From assembly GCA_010015585.1 (NCBI GenBank), contig ML975152.1: 64,000 nt of DNA. One strand, written 5' to 3'. The notes beneath the pieces were generated by a model that did no database searches, was not told the DNA's origin, and was given only the letters and a program-made list of their open reading frames with translations. The stretch comes from Eremomyces bilateralis CBS 781.70. Lineage: Eukaryota. The position numbers and the translations under genes are program-made. Every line of letters begins with the position of its first letter. Within the stretch, counting starts at the first letter, position 1. This document shows, piece by piece, positions 34,959-48,807 of this stretch.

Positions 34959-37953
34959 ATGGACAACCAAAAGATGTCCATTTACGATTGTAAGGAGCTT
35001 CATGTCCACGCGAAGAGACCCGTTCTTCTGCTGGATGAGAGCTGTGAATTGTGACAATCGCTAACATGAGCAAGGGTTTGACGATCTCTGTGTCCGCTTC
35101 ATCCTCAACCTTCCTCATGAAGAGCTGTCCTCCGTCGAACGAATATGCTTCCAAGTCGAAGAGGCGCAATGGTTCTACGAGGACTTTGTCCGACCTCTGG
35201 ACCCCTCGCTTCCCTCCATGAGCTTGAGGACCTTCTGCCTCAAGTTCTTCCAGCACTGCCCGATCTTCCCGGACTTCAGCGAAAGCCACTATCTTGCGGC
35301 GTTTACCGAGTTCATGGCATACAAGAGTAGAGTCCCCGTTCGTGGTGCGATTCTCTTGAACGAGGCTATGGACCACGTCGTTCTGGTGAAAGGATGGAAA
35401 AAAGGCGCCAAATGGAGCTTCCCACGCGGCAAGATCAACCTAGGAGAGAAAGATCTGGACTGTGCGATTCGTGAAGTGTATGAAGAAACGGGTTTCGACG
35501 TTCACAAGGCAGGCCTCGCAAAGCCCGAGTCGCAGATGAAGTTCATCGAGGTTTCGATGAGAGAGCAGCACATGCGTTTGTATGTGTTTAGAGGCGTCAA
35601 GATGGACACTCATTTCGAGCCGAGAACACGGAAAGAAATTAGTAAGATCGATTGGTACAAGATATCCGAGCTCCCGACCATAAAAAGGCAGAAGCACATG
35701 CCTCCACCGAATACCCAGGCCGCTCAAGTCGCGCAGCAGATCGTAGCACAGGAAGACATGGTGAAGAGCAACATGTTTTACATGGTCGCGCCATTCCTGA
35801 GCCCGTTGAAATCTTGGATTCGGCAACAGAAGAAGCTGAATGCGAACCGAACCGCAATGGCAAATACCCACGAGTCGGAGCCTGCGGACGAAGTGGACGA
35901 ACACATGCCCTCCGACCACCCGGCAGCCGTCGAAAGTGAAACATTACCACAAGTGGTCGAACAACAATCTTTCACTATCAAAGCCGCCAGTGACATGGAT
36001 CGGATCCTCACACAACTTCGACAATCGCACCCAAATTCCCAACCTCCTGCAGCCCCAATCCCTCCATCAGATCCGGCCGCCGATCTGAGGAGAATGCTCA
36101 ACATGGGGCAACCTCGTGATTCTGGACCGCCACTGCCTTCCAATTCGCAAGCATCGGATCTTCTCGCCTTGTTCAACCGCCAGAAGTTAGCTGGCAATAC
36201 AGGCCCCGCTTCGTTACTTCCGATTACTCCCATGGAGCAAATCTCACGCACACCTGATGCTCAAACACCACATCACCATCACTCTCAACAACACGTCCTC
36301 CCTACCGATCCGCCTCCACCTCATTTTCACCAACCCGTCACATCTGTCCAAGAACTTGTGCCTAATATGGATCCAACTCAACGGCCTATGCCATTTCCGC
36401 AACCGACTGGCCCACGTCATCCATTCATTCCTGATCAAGTCCAACGGCAGATGGGAGCGGTGCCGACTCTTGGGCCTTCACTTCCGATACAGTCAAGCAG
36501 CGAGTTGCAGGAAGCTTACAGTTCATATCGACCGTATCGACAGACCGGAGACCCGCAGTTTAACCAATCCCCTGATGTGCATTCTCCAGCCATTCCGTCC
36601 GCATCCAAATTGCCGCAGCCAAAACTCAACAGCCATACATTGGCTCTCTTGAATGCCTTTAAAGGATCCTCGCAGCCACAGGCAGAGACGGAGAGATATG
36701 TCCGATCCCAGGAGGCTCATCCGAGTGGGTCGACCTATCCACCGCAGAATGCACCGGCTCCGGAACCCTCGGCTTCAGGCCAACAACAAGCCCTTCTAAA
36801 CTTGTTCAAAGCTGGACCCGGTGCCGGACGGCCACCTCAACGGAGTCAGCTCCAAGGACAATCGGCGACTCTTGCGCCGGAGCCGGTGGAGCTGTCTGCT
36901 CAACCCACACCGCTTGTTCACCAGCAGAGGTACGCTGCGCCACAGGGTGCACCCGAGAGAGAAGTCTTGCAGCAAGGCAACAAGAAAAGCCAAAGCATCA
37001 CGTCAGCCACGGTTTCCGGACCGTTGAATGCACCCGACTTTGACACCGTCCGTCGGTCCTCATCGAGAAGACGGCCTTCACACCACGCCAAGCCTGCAGA
37101 GCTCGCAACCGTACCATCTCCCGTGAACGAACAGCACGGTCAGGTTCCCGCTCCTGGGCCCATCAAGATCCTTGCAAGACCATCCTCAAGATCCGTGAGA
37201 CCGGACGCGGGCATTACTCCGCTGCATTCCGCTTCTCCATCGCCCTTACAAACTTTCCCTTCTCAGCAAATCCCGATCGCGGCGCCACAACCGAAAGCGG
37301 TGCATCAACACTTGCAGATCCTTCGACCTCCCCGAGCACAGCCGTCGGTGACATCGTCTCCACAAGATGCGGCCAGTCCCCCATCGACCACGCCCGCGGT
37401 TGGGGCCTCTATCACGGACAATCGTACCCCGGGGGCGTCTGATCAACGGAATGCGCTTCTGAGCCTCTTCACGAAACACCACGCCCAAGCCCCTCCACCA
37501 GGCGTCGCCGGCGCACCGATCCCCGGCCATTCGCGCACTCTCTCTCCCGCATCTATCAAACGCGAACCCACCGCGTCGTCCTTAATCAGCCCGATCAGCC
37601 CCCACTTGGCCTCCATGCAACCGAACCTTGATTCCATGTCCGCCAGCCGCAGCCGTATCAGTAGCCTGGCGTCCGCCCCGGGCGAGTCATTCCTCTCCAC
37701 CGGGCCCGTAAATGCGCCGGGAGCGGGACTCTATGGGAACCCCGTTCAGGGCATGAAGCTGCCTCCGACCAACGCCGCATTTGGCATGGGTCCGGCGGAT
37801 CGAGTAACATCGCGGAAGAGCAGCATCATGGCCGGATCGCGCAAGGGCAGCGCGGTGGAAGGGCCACCAAGGCAGCAGAGCCCCGTGACGCCCATCGATC
37901 GGAACTTTCTCCTCGGATACCTGGAAGACGTTGTCAAAGGCGCGGGTGTTTAG
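34959..37953 (+). CDS. DCP2: mRNA decapping enzyme Dcp2
   Basis: Box A W|FDDLCVRFILNLP..EEAQWFYEDF (intron 34990-35074). Nudix box GKINLGEKDLDCAIREVYEETG. Long disordered tail with LLxLF motifs. An in-frame upstream ATG lies at 34944. Confidence 0.96.
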
Positions 37954-39746
37954 GGATAGGTTTGGCGGGATAGGCTTCGTACTCTCTGGCGTTGTGACAG
38001 CACTCGCTGATTACAGGACGAGGGAGTCGGTGAGGATCCGGGTCATCCTCTGGCACATACGGCCATGAAAATGGGAGGCGATTACTGGATTCAGCAAGCG
38101 ATGAGGATCACGAAGGTTTCAATGAAGTACAAAGTTTACATCGGCGCATTTTCATCGCCCCAGGCTGTGTTAGTAGTACCATTAGCGTAGCCCTTCCAAA
38201 TAGAGTGGGCATCCGCTGTCTGATCCAAGACAATTATCCCGTGATGTACGTGCCATGTCGTCCACCGCCACGCTGCACACATGAACGCCGACAAGCCGGT
38301 TGGTTCGGAAGCACATGCTTGATTTCGAGTGTACGCGTGAAATATAAATTGACCAATTCCCTCTTCCCACAAAGAGCGGTCGTTAAGGGCTTAATCTGAG
38401 CATATCATGTATCTGTAGACCCTCATGAGGGCACCGCAGGAACTGGTGGACCCCGTCGTTCGTAGGGTTAGCTAGCATGCTGACACCCATGCCCACGATA
38501 TCCAGGCACGCCGGCCATTAGCGTTTGTTTCTCTACCGGTAATTCTTCACAACCTGCAGTCAATCATTCTTGATGGCAATGATCCAAGGCTGTTGTGGAG
38601 ACCAAGGCTCGTCGTGATGGAGCGATGGTTCAACCGAGCTAGCGAGGCAGGACACGATGCATTCCCACCAGACACAGGGGGCGGAATACCTAGCCCAGGT
38701 TAAGTTTGGGATACGAACTGTCAGTAAATTATACTAATCGGCATCCAGGATCTGGAGATGATCGCCATATTGCGGGGAACCAGGGATACCTTGCTTCCAA
38801 TTATCCGAAATCAGTGGCACGGTCCCTCAATATCAGAAACCACTTCGCATATAATTGAATTTAGGGTTACCGGCCGCAAACCGCCCTCCATTCGTGCTAT
38901 GGCACAATTGAAATCTGATATTCCGATTCCGATAACTGGAATTTCCGGGTTGACTAACCTACAATTCTCACATTCTCACATGTCGTGAAGGTTGAGCCTA
39001 CCACAGCTCGCGGAGCCTCGGCGGGCAATTTCTCTCATCCGGGTATTATAGTCGACTGTTCCCAGAACGACGGGTTCCAGCTGACCTAAGATGACGTGAC
39101 AGACCGTTCGACCGACATCAGAATAAACAGCAACGCGGTCCGGATAGCGCAGGCATCTCCGGATCCACTCCACACCTCAACATGAAACCGATGAATATCC
39201 AAGCCGTCGGACAGCACCAATGAAGCTTGATGCATCCAAGCGATGCCCTCATAACAAACCTATACCGCGCAGTTGACCGCTGCGCGTGTATATTGTTCGA
39301 ATTGCAAAAGGCCTCATCCCAACAGAAAACGAATCTCACATGCGTCCGAATATGAGTTAACTGCTCGATCCGTGGACTTCAACGCGCGAGGCCGAAATTG
39401 AAATTACGCAAGCAAGCATTCGCAATTCAAGGAGATTCAATGGCAGCGATGAATGTCGATGGATATTTGCACTTAGCGTAGCGGAAGAATGAATACGAAC
39501 GCAAAATACAACATGAACGAGATGATTGATGACAGGCAACATGAAAATGACAACAAGTGATGGCCCCTGGATGGTCGAGCCCGCGCACACGGGCAAGAAC
39601 TATAAAGAGGGGGGAAATCCATAGGAAATATATCTGTCCGACCGAATTCTATTCTCCTCCAAACCACGATCCTTTACCAGCTTCCTACAGACGTGTCATT
39701 CAGCAACACCTATTCCACTCCCTTTCCAAGCCAACCACCAGCAACA

Positions 39747-40322
39747 ATGCTCGCCCAATCCATCTTTTCCGCGGCACTCTTCGCCAGCGCCGTCGTCGCG
39801 CACCCAGCGGGCATTCTCGGCGCCCGTGACCTCGCGACCATCACCGGTGTGCTCAACGGCATCGCCGCTGACCTGACCGCCGTTCAAACGGCCGTCGATG
39901 CCTTCACCGGCGCCGAAGCCGAGGCGGAAGGCGTCCAAACGGCCTCCGAAAAGCTCATCGCCGACCTCACTGCCGGCGCCGCCACCGTTGCCGCCACCGG
40001 GGAGATCTCCCTCACGGACGCCCTGGGCCTGGTCCCGACTTCGAACAGCCTGAACGCGGCGGCCAACGCCACAGTGACGGCACTGATCGGCAAGAAGCCG
40101 CAGTTCGACGCGCTCGGGCAGACTGAAACTGTTGCGGCCAGCTTGGTGGCGCAGAAGGAGGGGAGCACTGCGCTGTTGGAGGCCGTGGCGGACAAGGGCC
40201 CGGAATCGATTCGCAACGTCGCGGCTCAGCAAGGGGCCCCTCTTTACGCAGCCCTTGATGCTGGTATCGCCGCATTTGGCGGCGCCCCGGAGGCCCCGGC
40301 GAAGTTGAGGGCTATGTTTTGA
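39747..40322 (+). CDS. Secreted HsbA / cell-wall mannoprotein 1-like protein
   Basis: Signal peptide followed by RDLATITGVL..I, ISLTDA, LIGKKPQF and GIAAF. TATAAA at 39601. Confidence 0.85.
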   Translation: MLAQSIFSAALFASAVVAHPAGILGARDLATITGVLNGIAADLTAVQTAVDAFTGAEAEAEGVQTASEKLIADLTAGAATVAATGEISLTDALGLVPTSNSLNAAANATVTALIGKKPQFDALGQTETVAASLVAQKEGSTALLEAVADKGPESIRNVAAQQGAPLYAALDAGIAAFGGAPEAPAKLRAMF

Positions 40323-42596
40323 AGCATAGTCCAGGATGCCACTCCTGAGGAATGAAGATGGAGTAGAAAAGAGGGAAGGAAAGGAGGAGGAGACGCCGTT
40401 GGAGTGGATCTAGCAAAAGAACCTATATACAGATACGCATTGTCCAGAGATAAAAAAAAATGATTCGAGTTATCTGGCCGAACTTGTCGCTCTCCTTTTC
40501 GAAAGACATGGATGGCCGCGATATATCAGAAAATTGACTATTGACGCGCAGAATCGCCAACTTACCAAGTAATTCGCAAGATTGTCCGTGATGAAGAACG
40601 TTCTCGGTCTCCAGACGAGAGCAAAAATACGCGTTGTCCATTTTATGCATAGAAGAACCTTGAGTGAGAGTAGCAGACGAGCGGAGGCGCTTCAAAGGGG
40701 TTCTTCATGGTCAACGAACGCTGGTACGTACACAACACGCATTTAGGCTAGTCCAGGGTCTGAAATGTCGATACCGGTACCAGTGGGCAGTGATTGACTG
40801 TGGGTTGTTCTCCGCCCGAATGATCGTCGACGTTCAAAGGCTAGTGGATGGGAGTACCCGGTGATCGGTGCCATACGGAATGAAACTGCTCTGATGTCAA
40901 TGGGATGGACGGTATGGAGATACTACTGCGTAGGAAAGGGGTCTCTAATAGGCGAATCGAATCATCCGATGGGACTGGTACCCTGTCGAGGTGAAAATAT
41001 CAATCGGTACCTCGAGACATGTGACATCTGATGAAGTTAAAGTGTTTGAACATTAAAGACTCTTTGAAAAGAGAGAGATTCATACACCCGTCAGGCCTCT
41101 CTGCGAGGCCTATGTGGGAACGATGTGAGATGGTCAACTGGAAATCTGGAATCACGTCTTCCTGTCACGTGCAGGAGTTGCACAAGAGATCAAAAAGCCC
41201 CAATTCCAACCACACTTCATCCAACGTTCAATGCTCTCGCTCTGGGGGAACTGAACTTTGGCATTTCCACTTCACTTTCATGTCGGTAACGTGTGTACAT
41301 AGTATGTATGGAGTTGGAAGCATTGAGAGAGCTGGCAACACTCACGGAGGTCTGCGGAACAGGGTTCTTTCGGCGAACACGGCGATTACAAAATATACCA
41401 AACCTCATGCTCGTCCAGCCTGGCTGCATTCACATGAGGGAAACTGGCAGCGCGAGATGCAATCAGATGGGTTACGCTGCTCCAATCGACTGCAAAATTG
41501 GTCACTCCCGCCACAAGTTGGCCACTTACCTTGCTGGATGGTGAAGCACTGCGGGCACCCGCAGCTTGGCCATCGTCAAACAACCATCTGGTCTCAAGCA
41601 TGCTCTGGATCTAAAGGTCCAATATCCAGACGGTCCAATCAAGGTTTGAACTACCTATGAATCTTGCCAATCCAATTGGACACGAAACCACGCGGGTCCA
41701 CATCCTATCCGGATGCGCCAGGACAAGAAAGGTTGGAGTCATCAAAACACTCTTTCCGATCTGACTTACGGCTCCGAGCATTGAATCGTACAGCAATTTA
41801 TAGAGGCCGAATTTCAGGGAGCATCCTGCCGCCCTAGCGCTGGAGAGCTACATATGCTCTGCTCTGAATAGTGCCCTCTCCGACCCAATTTCCATGCATG
41901 GTATTGACCAGCCGTGGTGGTTGTGTCTCAAAAACATCGTTCCTTGCTCCAACCACTGGTAGGACTTGTTCGCTACATCCTAGGCCCAAAGCAAGAAAAG
42001 TGAGGTGTTATGGAAATGCTCCTAGGGCTGCGGCATTTATGTAAGTGAGTGATACAGTTCGACGCCAAGTTGAGGTATGGTCCGCTATATGGAGAACATT
42101 CATTGCTCGCAAATGTCGATGTCCCGATTTGGCTAGGTAGAGGTGACCAAACGGCATGTTAAATGAGATTCTACAGACCAAACAGTCAACGCATTTCGTC
42201 TGCTCTGCGTCATGTGGACAGAAACGTGGATCGACCCGCGATACCTGGACCCTGATGGGATGGATGCTTGCGGGAATGCCGGTCCGTTGCATTGGTATCG
42301 GTATGCTACACCAGGAATGCTTTATACAGTATTTCCTGGTTTGCTTGTGTTATGATGATGCTGCGCTGACAGAACTTGATTCGTTTGACCCTTCATCACC
42401 AGCATCCGGAGATCCCATTGCGTAAGATATCCGTCACTGTCACCCGTTCCTTCACCCATCATATATCACCTTAAGTAGCCTGCCTGCTTCCACTTCGACA
42501 CACTGGTTCTTCTCCTCTTCACCAGAATTCAAATCCCGTCCTGTAGATCTCGCTTACTTCCAAGCTTTTCACACTCAGTCTATCACATCATTCAAG

Positions 42597-43315
42597 ATGA
42601 TGATCACACGTATAATCTCCCCGATCCTTCGCTTCGGCGAATTTGTCTGTGCAACGGTATGTCTACCTGCCCGGGGCGCCGTTTTAAACCATTAGAGAGA
42701 TCACTAATGGCACTAGATCGTCCTGGGACTCATCGGCTACTTCCTCCATGAAAGGAACGAAACCGGGTTTGGTCCAAAGGGCCGTGAGATCTACACGATA
42801 GTCATTGCTGCCCTCTCCACACTCCTCTCAATCCTCTGGATGGTCCCACTCACCACTCGCCTGTTGCTCTACCCGATAGACTTCATTCTTTCTTTCGCCT
42901 GGTTCTCCTCGTTCGGTGCCTTGAACAACTACACCAGCGACCTTGGCTGCGGAGGGTGGATGGACTGGACTGGGATCACTCGGGGTGACCAGTGCGGAAA
43001 GTGGAAGGCAACCCAGGCCTTCAGCTTCATTGGGGCATGCTTCTGGCTTGCGAGTGCGATCTTGGTACGTTTCCTTGCTCGGTCGATCGCCAAATTCTCG
43101 GTATCCTTGTACCACTGCCGATTTCAATTGCTGACATACTGGGTTTGCTGCAGGGCATCTTTATGTTCCACAAGCGCCGCTCTGGTACTGATGCCACAAA
43201 CGGCACTACCAAGACTGGGTAAGTGAATATCGCGCATGGCAGCCATAAATCAGTGTTGACAGATCACCTTCACAGCGGTCGCCGCGGCCTCTTCGGTCGT
43301 AGGTCTCAGGTCTAA
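42597..43315 (+). CDS. MARVEL-like integral membrane protein
   Basis: Four exons: ILRFGEFVCAT|IVLGL, DFILSFAWFSSFG, CGKWKATQAFSF..FWLASAIL|G, ending GRRSQV*. Confidence 0.88.
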
Positions 43316-44454
43316 GTCGTACAGGCGATCTGAATAAGCCTGGAACTAGCCAAGGCAGCAAGGCTATCAGGATCAGAGCGCGTCGGATAGTTCGGTGACC
43401 TGGGCGGTGGCCATCCTTCTTCACTAATGTACAAAACCATGAGGCGGAGGCAGAGGGGCGTAATACTTGCAATACCTCGAAGCAGATTCCTTTTTCATCC
43501 TGCTGGTCTACTACGAGCGAGAAATACCCGACGATCGTTTATGGGGTGAGGGATAGGAGGCGAGAAGGAAACTTCGTGGCGATCATACCACTAATACTTA
43601 ATTGAATTTCGCTTGCTTCCCCGTTCCCAAGTTCGTGTCGTCGCGCCATTGGTAGGAGTAAATCGATCTCCCAAGTTATACCCGGATTTGACGGTCGACA
43701 TTTTTAGAATCTGTAGTCAAGGAGGACAGGTATGGTATTGAGATTGGGATGTTGTAAAATTTTGGGAGCGAGAGACTCTTGGGTTACTGGGAAGTTTGGA
43801 CTTTGAGGTGGTTCGGTTCATTCCCCCCTTGCTCCAAAGCTGGCCGGACCAACTGACGCATCCATCCTTCAACTTCAGAAGTCCAAACCACTCGCAAAGA
43901 TATGGGCAATGGTAATCTAGAACGGATGTGGCCTCTACACCCTTTCGACGTCTGTCGTTTTTACTCGGAGATGCGCCTCATCGAGAGGGTTTGGCCGTGG
44001 CATAAAGTGGCTACCTGTTTCGAACAAACATTGCCCTGCTGCTGGATATATACCATTTTATAGGGGGAGAACTTTTATTCGACTGTCGAGCTAGCTCTGT
44101 TCGCCCGATACTTCATCTTTTGAGTTTTGGATGTTGGTCAAGGTCTCCGAGTGTCATCCTTTGCTTCACACCTCTCACACTGATATCATGGCTTCAGTGA
44201 TCAATCACCTGCCCCGCTAACCGAATCACCGCCCTAGGAACAAACGTGAAGAATGAATCTCAACAATCCCGAATGCTTTGCAAGAATGTATCATTGCGGT
44301 TGAACCGATGATCATCCAGCGCCCACGTAAACCAAAACTTCTCCTCCATCCTTTCGAGTTCCGCCTTCTCACACGCGGAAGGTGCCACATCCGAGTCCCT
44401 AATCGATAGTTTAGCAACAACTGTCAAAACCCTGCGCCGAAAAATCGGCCTCCA

Positions 44455-47400
44455 TCACTGATACAGGCTCCTGTGAGGAGCGATACAGATGTCTTCCATA
44501 GTATATACTACGGCGTTCATCCGATTACTCACCGATCCCTATCACCTCGCTCATCCTCCACCGCCTTCAGGACACTACCCCAGTGCCTGCGCACCCAGGC
44601 CCAATATGCTCTCCAGCCACCTTCGTCGGGACCTTTGTACAAGGCCACTGGATCCTCATCGCGCCCGCCACCCAATCCATCCTTCCCTTCCCTTCCGATG
44701 ACAACGGACATGCCGGCCACTTCCGCCGGCCAGAGCCGTGATATTTCGTACCCCAATCGTGCCGTGGCACGGCGTTCCTCCTCGACTCGTTCGACCTCTT
44801 GTTTGACTGGGTTCTCCTTGAGTTTTTGTGACATGATCAAGGTAGACGCCGCGGCGAGGTCATTGAGATGAGCGTGGACGGTGTCCGGAGAAAGAGTGAG
44901 GAGCTTGCTTAACATAAGGAAGCAAAGCAGACGGATGTCATGCGCATCCTTGAGGCCATCAAGTAGCGTCGGAAGCAATATGCTAGTGTACTTGAGGAGC
45001 AGTGACGTTTGGGTCGACGGTAGAGTATTACTGCCGGAACTGTTTTCGGTAACCCCCGCAGTTGACACCCGTGAGCTATAAAGAAGTTCATAAAGCGTTT
45101 CGTACGCCGACTATGGGAAGTGAAGTTGTCAGCATCATCTCACATAACTTGTGGTTTTGCATACCTTCCGAATCTCCATGCCGTCATCCACCTTGTGCGT
45201 AAAGGGACCCATCTTTACTTCGCGGATCAGTTTAGGGTTGACCTTAGTTTCCCGCATGACTAAGGGGAGAATTTGCTCTAGACATTGCATGACCAGATCA
45301 GGCTTGTTCTTCACGGCCGATGTAAGTGTCGTGAACGCAAGTCGGCGATTCTCCAGGTTCTCCTCGTTAAGCATCGTAATGAGCATATCAATTACCATCT
45401 GGCGAAGAGTGTCATCATAGGTTTCGTCACTGTCAGCAAAGGTGAATCGAAGTGCCGAGATGACCATGCCTCGAATGTTAGCAACGGGGTTTTCGAGGAA
45501 TGCCTGCCCATCATTAGCTTGAACTGAACATCCGCCTCATTGTTTCACAAACCTGGAGCTGCGGGAGATAAGTCTTGGAGTCAAGTACTGCCAGACGGCC
45601 AATGCACTCGGCGCCAACGGCACGGTTGTCCTCCACCGCGGAGGCAGTTGTCAATTTCTCCCAAAGCGTATCCGCATAAGGAAGAATATCGGATTCGGTG
45701 CCAGGATGGGAGAGGATTTCCCGGATCGAATGGAGGGCCAGGTATGACGAACCCTCCTTCATGCCATCGAGAATGACTGGAAGGAATTCTGAAACGTGCT
45801 TCGCGCCCGCTCGTCCCATGGCGATAGCAGCCGTGAGTGGAACTTTCTCTCCTCGCACGGAAAAGTAAGGAGTGAACGATGACGGCTTCAGAGGAGATTT
45901 TGCTCCTAGCAAGAATCCCGATTCCCCAAGTATGACCAGCGCTAGACGTCGAGAACCATCCGCTTGAGATGTCTCTAATTCCGAAATGAACGGCCTCAAT
46001 CCTTCATCGGGATTCGTTCCGCTGAACACGATCAAATTCGCCAGCACCTTCCCAACCACGAGGGTTTCGCCGTGTGTGCCAACTTGTTGAAGGATGGTTT
46101 GAAACAAGCTGTCTCCGACACGGGCCTCCGCAATGCTCTTACTAAGGTCGAGAAGGGCAGAGAGAGCGGGCCCGACCATATGCTGTTGAGAGTAGAGGAG
46201 CGAGCAGAATTCAGGGATGAAGCTCTTCGTGCCCACAACAGTTTCCCCATCAACTCGAACAAAACGGGCCAGGATATGAAGGGCGAGAGTGAGAACGTGG
46301 AGATCAGTGGGTTTTAGTAGTGGGATGAGAGCCTCACTGAGCTGTCCCACCACGGCGGGATTGTTGCCATATAAGGTGCGAATTGCCGGGTTACTGACGA
46401 GAGCCTGAAGCGCACTCAAGCTGCTTGCTCGGAGAGCTCGGCTAGCCTTGCGGAACTGTGCTCCGAGTTCAAGGGATACGGTGTCCAACCACTGCGGCGG
46501 GAAAGCTTCACTGGAAGCCGCAAGTTTTGCAAGCTCCTCGATAGCATCCACTGCTGAAAGGCGCATAACTTCGTTCTTCAATCGGTCTGATAGCAGTACC
46601 AATCCTTGTGAATGCTTCTGCGGGCTCAATGGCGCGCTGGTTGCTGACGCATGGCCAAGAACCATACCCAAGCAATGCAATGCCTGTCGCTTAACATCGG
46701 TGTCGACGCCAGTAGCATTGATCTGCGTGAAAACGACATCGTACAATTTGTCCAACTGCTCTGAAGTCACCAAAGCGGACGCGGAGTCGAGAGGTAGCAA
46801 GGCTTTGACGAATTGCTCCAGCGTACGAAGGGCTTGAATGGCAACCTTCGTGTTTCGGTCGGTGACAGCCGACTCAATGGCGGGAAGCGTTTGGTTAGAA
46901 TACGGCTGGAGTGCTTTTCCTGAGTGGGTTTCGGCAATGACTTTCAGGAGCAGCAGCGCGGTGGCTTGCAGACTGGAGCCTTTCTCGATTCCCGATGTGT
47001 TGACTGCGGCGGTGGCAATGTCGAGGACATGTTTGAATTCCGAACCAAGACCTCCACGCTGCACGGAAATCAAATCTTTCAGCAGTAGCAGCGATGCTTC
47101 CTTGGTGGCCATAGAACCACGTTTGGTGAGGTCGCAAGATTTCTGGACCAGTTCCGGGCCAATTTTCGTCAGGCCGACCAAGGGAGCGGTGTGGGTTGAT
47201 CCAGGCTCCGGAGATGCTCCTCCTTTGGAAGAAGGCATTGGAGAGTCTGCCATGGTGGTGTCACTCCCACCTCGACGGCGCTTGCGACTGACTGGAATCT
47301 TTGTGATGTCCCCACCCGCAAGTGAAGTGGCGAATGATGGCCCAGCGGCGAGCTGCCCAGTTTTCCGTACAAGCAACGACAGCGCATCCAGGACCTCTAG

Positions 47401-48807
47401 CAACACGCTCTGATCCTTCTCTTTGAAGCGATTGAGAAGCTCCGGAGCGATCCGATCGTACAAAGCGCCGGCCTCGAGTAGGTCTTGGCTCCGCATCTGA
47501 ACCATGGCATGGAGAAGCTTGGCCGCGCATCGTCTAAGTTTCCAGGCATTGTCATCTTCATCATCGAATTCGTCGTCGCTTTCGAACTCGTCATCATCGT
47601 CTGCATTGAAGTCCTCTGCGTCGTCATTCCCGTCGTCATAGTCGACCAGGTTAGGATCAAACTTGAGAAACCGGAGCCCTGCTTCCAAGGACTCGTCCAT
47701 ATATTCGGTCATGTCTTCGCTACAGCACGCCACAAAGCTTTCAATGGCAACCAACGCAGCTTCACGCACTTCGTCCTCTTCGGGGTCCCGCTCTTCAAAG
47801 TCCTGAGAGTCATCGATGCCGGCCTGGGGGTTGAAATCACCGATAGTAGAGAATACAAACTGCGCCAATGCATGTAGATGCGGGCCGAACTTGCGCGGTA
47901 TGGAACGCGCAAGGGAGCCGAGGATTGTGATATAGGCCTTCCTCCTCGGATTGTCTAAATGCACATCACCTAGTCTCTCCATGACCTTGGACATGAGGTC
48001 GCTAAGGAGAGCATCGGAAAAATAGACGGATACTGCTGAAATGGCGGTGACGGCTTTCTTTCGGAAAATCGAATTGGCTCGCGGATGCTCGATGATCGCT
48101 AGCGAAGTGTCCGACAGCGCCTTGAGTTCCTCCGGTTGAAGCAAAGGTCCAAAACACCTTGCAACCTCTACGAGAACGTCTAGGATATTGCTGTCAATGA
48201 TTGTGCGAGGCTCCATGGAGAGAAGGCCGGGGCCCAGTTTAGGGAGTTGGGCGGTCGGTTTGAAGTGACGTGTCACAACATATGCGCCCACTAATCGTGG
48301 GATGAGCGCTTTGCTGATTGCTGCGTATGCCATTGCTCCGTGGGTCGAAACAGAGACGCCCGAAGTCGGTCGTGGAAGGGAAACGACAATGGCGCGCAGT
48401 GCAAGACCCGGAATTGCGTTGTCCATCTCGTCCTTCATTTGGAGTGCCGATAGCTTCTCCAGGAGCGGGGAGAGGACAGATTCTCCGACCTTCTTAACAT
48501 ATGGCTCCAGGCACTTGATGGCCATGTTTTGGACATCCCCTCGAGTGTCATTGAGGGCTTTGATGATCGCATCATTGATCTTGAGGCATGCGTTTGGCTC
48601 TACTGCGAAGAACTGCGTGGGTGCGGTTTGGAAGATTTGGTAGACATCGTTTAGGGCCATGAATCGGAGATCTGGATCATCTTGGTTCAGTTTGGATAGC
48701 AGACTCAAGACGCTTGAGTAGAAGTTAGCGGCGCCCAAGGGATATCAGAGCGTTAGTTCTACTTACCCCATAGGTGTTCCGACCACAGGAGTGGATGAAG
48801 ACGCCAT
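44455..48807 (-). CDS. CAND1: Cullin-associated NEDD8-dissociated protein 1 (about 1377 aa, unsplit)
   Basis: DPDLRFMALND, acidic loop then WKLRRCAAK, HEAT repeats and REVKMGPFTHKVDDGMEIRK|SAYE. Introns 48713-48766, 45504-45552, 45111-45164 and probably 44471-44532 (the stop is at 44529 if the last one is unspliced). Confidence 0.96.

Noticed and set aside
38861..38869. TTAGGGTTA (TAACCCTAA on minus), matching a filamentous-fungal telomerase RNA template
   Set aside because: A given 9-mer is expected about 0.5 times by chance in 64 kb on two strands. Only about 0.9 kb remains before DCP2, and no U-rich pseudoknot was seen downstream.
41031..41660. 209-aa ORF
   Set aside because: No recognisable motif, random-looking composition and no codon bias.
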